From Mobula hypostoma (taxonomy: Eukaryota), in assembly GCF_963921235.1 (NCBI RefSeq), contig NC_086107.1:106704001-106768000 (forward strand): a stretch of 64,000 bases of DNA. Reading direction: 5' to 3'. A program made the translations under genes and the position numbers. Within the stretch, counting starts at the first letter, position 1, and each line of letters opens with the position of its first letter. Below are positions 61,736-64,000 of this stretch, piece by piece. The notes below the pieces were generated by a model that was not told the DNA's origin, did not search any database, and was given only the letters and a program-made list of their open reading frames with translations.

Positions 61736-64000
61736 CACCCAGGTTCAATCCTGAGCCTGGATTCTACCTGTGCGGAATTTGTGTGTTCTCTCTGAGCTCC
61801 TTCCCCACCACCCCCTCACTCCATGAATGCTCTGGTTTTCCACCCTTTCCCAACGACACGCAGATTGGCGTGTTAATTTGCCACTGTAATTTGCCTGGAA
61901 GGTGGGAGAGGTTTATAGGAACATGGAGAGAATGAAATGGGATTAGTGCAGTTTAATGGTCAATACTGCATCTGTGGGCTGAAGGGCCTGATTCCATGTT
62001 ATCGGGAGGTTGTCCGTCGTGTCTGACGACGACAGGAGACCTGTGCAGGAAGTTTTTAAAGTGGAAAAGTGGAAAAGGCTGGAAGGGTCTGTTACCTAGA
62101 TAAATAAACCTACATTTTAAAGATCCGATGGCAGAGAAGAAGAAGCTGCTCCAAAAAATATTGAGTGTAGGCCTTCACCCTGATGGTAGGTTTACCAATG
62201 CTTGGTAAAGACTTGTTACCCACCACATAAATACACTCCATTATTTTTATAAACGTCTATAAGGTCACCCCTCAGACTTTTGCGTTCCAGTGAGAACAAT
62301 CCCAGCCCAACCAATCTCTCCTTGTAATTAAACCACTCTATTGGTTGCAGTGTCATAGTGAATGTCTTCCGCACTCTTTCTCCTGCTGCCATATCCTTCC
62401 TATAACACGGTGACCAGAACTTCACACAATAGTCCACGTGTCTTATACAGTTATAACATCATGGTCCAACTCTTCTACTCAATGCCCATGCTTATGACAG
62501 TCCGAAAGCCACATTCCTTCTTCACTAACCTATCCATAACATCGCCATTAAGGGGCTTTGAACTTGGGTCCCTCGGCTTCTAAGTTCCCTTGTGTTTACT
62601 TTATATTCTCAACTAGTATTAGACAGCCAAAAATTCATTACCTCACACTTGTTTGCATTAATCAGAATCAGGTTTAATATCACCAGCATATGTTGTGAAA
62701 TTGTTAACAGCAACAGCAGTACAATGCAAAACATGATAAAAATAGAAAAAAAACTAAATCACAGTAAGTATATTTTTATTTATTTATTAAATAGGTACAA
62801 AAAAACAGAAATAAAAAAATGGTGAGATAGTGTTCATGGTTTCAATGTCCATTTAGAAATCGGATGGCAGAGGGGAAGACGCTGTTCCTGAATCACTGAG
62901 TGTGTGCCTTCAGACTCCTGTACCTCCTACCTGATGGTAATGATGAGAAAAGGGCATCTCCTGGGTGGTGGGGGTCCTTAATGATGGAAGCTGCTTTTCT
63001 GAGGCATTACTCCTTGAAGATGTCTTGGCTACTACGGAGTCCATGATGGAGCTGACTAATTTTACAACTCTCTGCATCACATCTCAACGCTGTGCAGTAG
63101 CCCCCACCGCCCGCCCCATACCAGACAGAGATGCAGCCAGTCAGAATGCTCTCCATTGTATATCTGTAGAAATCTGAATTCCATCTGCTACCATTTTTCC
63201 CTGTTTTCCAGCTAATCTAAGTTCCTCCGTATCCCTGGGCAACCGTCCTCACTATCTACAATTCCAACAACCATGTTGTCAGCAAACTTACTGAGACGTC
63301 AGATACTCTCTGCTGACTGAGAAGGAAGACGGAAGATGCCAGCATAGGAAAGGTGGGAGGAGGGGAAGGAGGCTAACTAGGAGGTGATAGGTGGGCGGGA
63401 AAGGTCAAGGGCCAGAGAAGAAGGAAGCTGATAGGAGAGGAGAGTGGACTATAGGAGAAAGGGAGGGAAGAGGGGACCCGGGGGGGCAAGTGACATTCAT
63501 TTCCATAGATGCTGCCTAACCCGCTGAGTTCCTTCAGCGTTTTGTGTGTGCGTGTGTCGCTTTGGGTTTCCAGCATCGTGTTTCAGATGTTCTCACCCAA
63601 CGAGGCCACAGCCCTGATCCGTGCAGTATATTACTGGTTACAGACATCCAGTCGGTAAAACAACCCTCCACTACTACCCTCCAATCCAAAACTGGCTTGG
63701 TAATACTTGTATGAGGCAGTGCTCCAAAACACTCCGGCCAGCAAGTGTCCTTGCTTTCTGGAGCTGCCCACCACGCAAGATCTAAAAATCCTTGCTAAAG
63801 TCCACATATACAATATCTACTGCCTTGCTTCAACAAATTTCACAGTAACCTCCTCAAAAAAAAACCTTCACATTTCTGAGTCAGGATTTCACAAGCGCAA
63901 AACTGTATCAACTCCACTATCAGTCTCCTGCCTTTCCAGAGGTCATACATCCTACTTCCAATAATTTTTTTCTAATCGTTTCCTTAGAAGCCCAAAGTTC

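Noticed and set aside
57470..64000. SYNGR1 exon 1
   Set aside because: No MEG..YGAGKAGG-like coding segment or CpG island was found; it presumably lies beyond the window.

Overview
This is eukaryotic vertebrate genomic DNA, not a prokaryotic locus. The repeat content (CR1, L2/Rex, Penelope-like, DeuSINE-like and tRNA-SINEs) suggests a cartilaginous fish, probably a ray; this is an inference. Two convergent genes are supported. (1) EIF3D on the + strand is complete: a probable non-coding exon 1 ends at 8510, and 14 GT-AG coding exons run from 13393 to 40172 (1656 nt, 551 aa), with polyA signals at 40246 and 40271. (2) SYNGR1 on the - strand shows exons 2-4 (57469 to 47953) and a probable ~3.7 kb 3'UTR; exon 1 lies beyond the window. 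Almost all other ORF-track entries are transposon debris or chance ORFs. The most interesting signals are self-cleaving ribozyme folds inside mobile elements. One is a family of ~195-bp fold-back mini-elements centred on a minimal type I hammerhead ribozyme, with two copies sharing an identical junction but carrying different target-site duplications (TSDs). The other is an HDV-like ribozyme with an unusual hairpin inserted in L3, located exactly at the 5' end of a ~560-bp RTE-like element. Repeat boundaries are approximate and family names come from recall, not from a database search.
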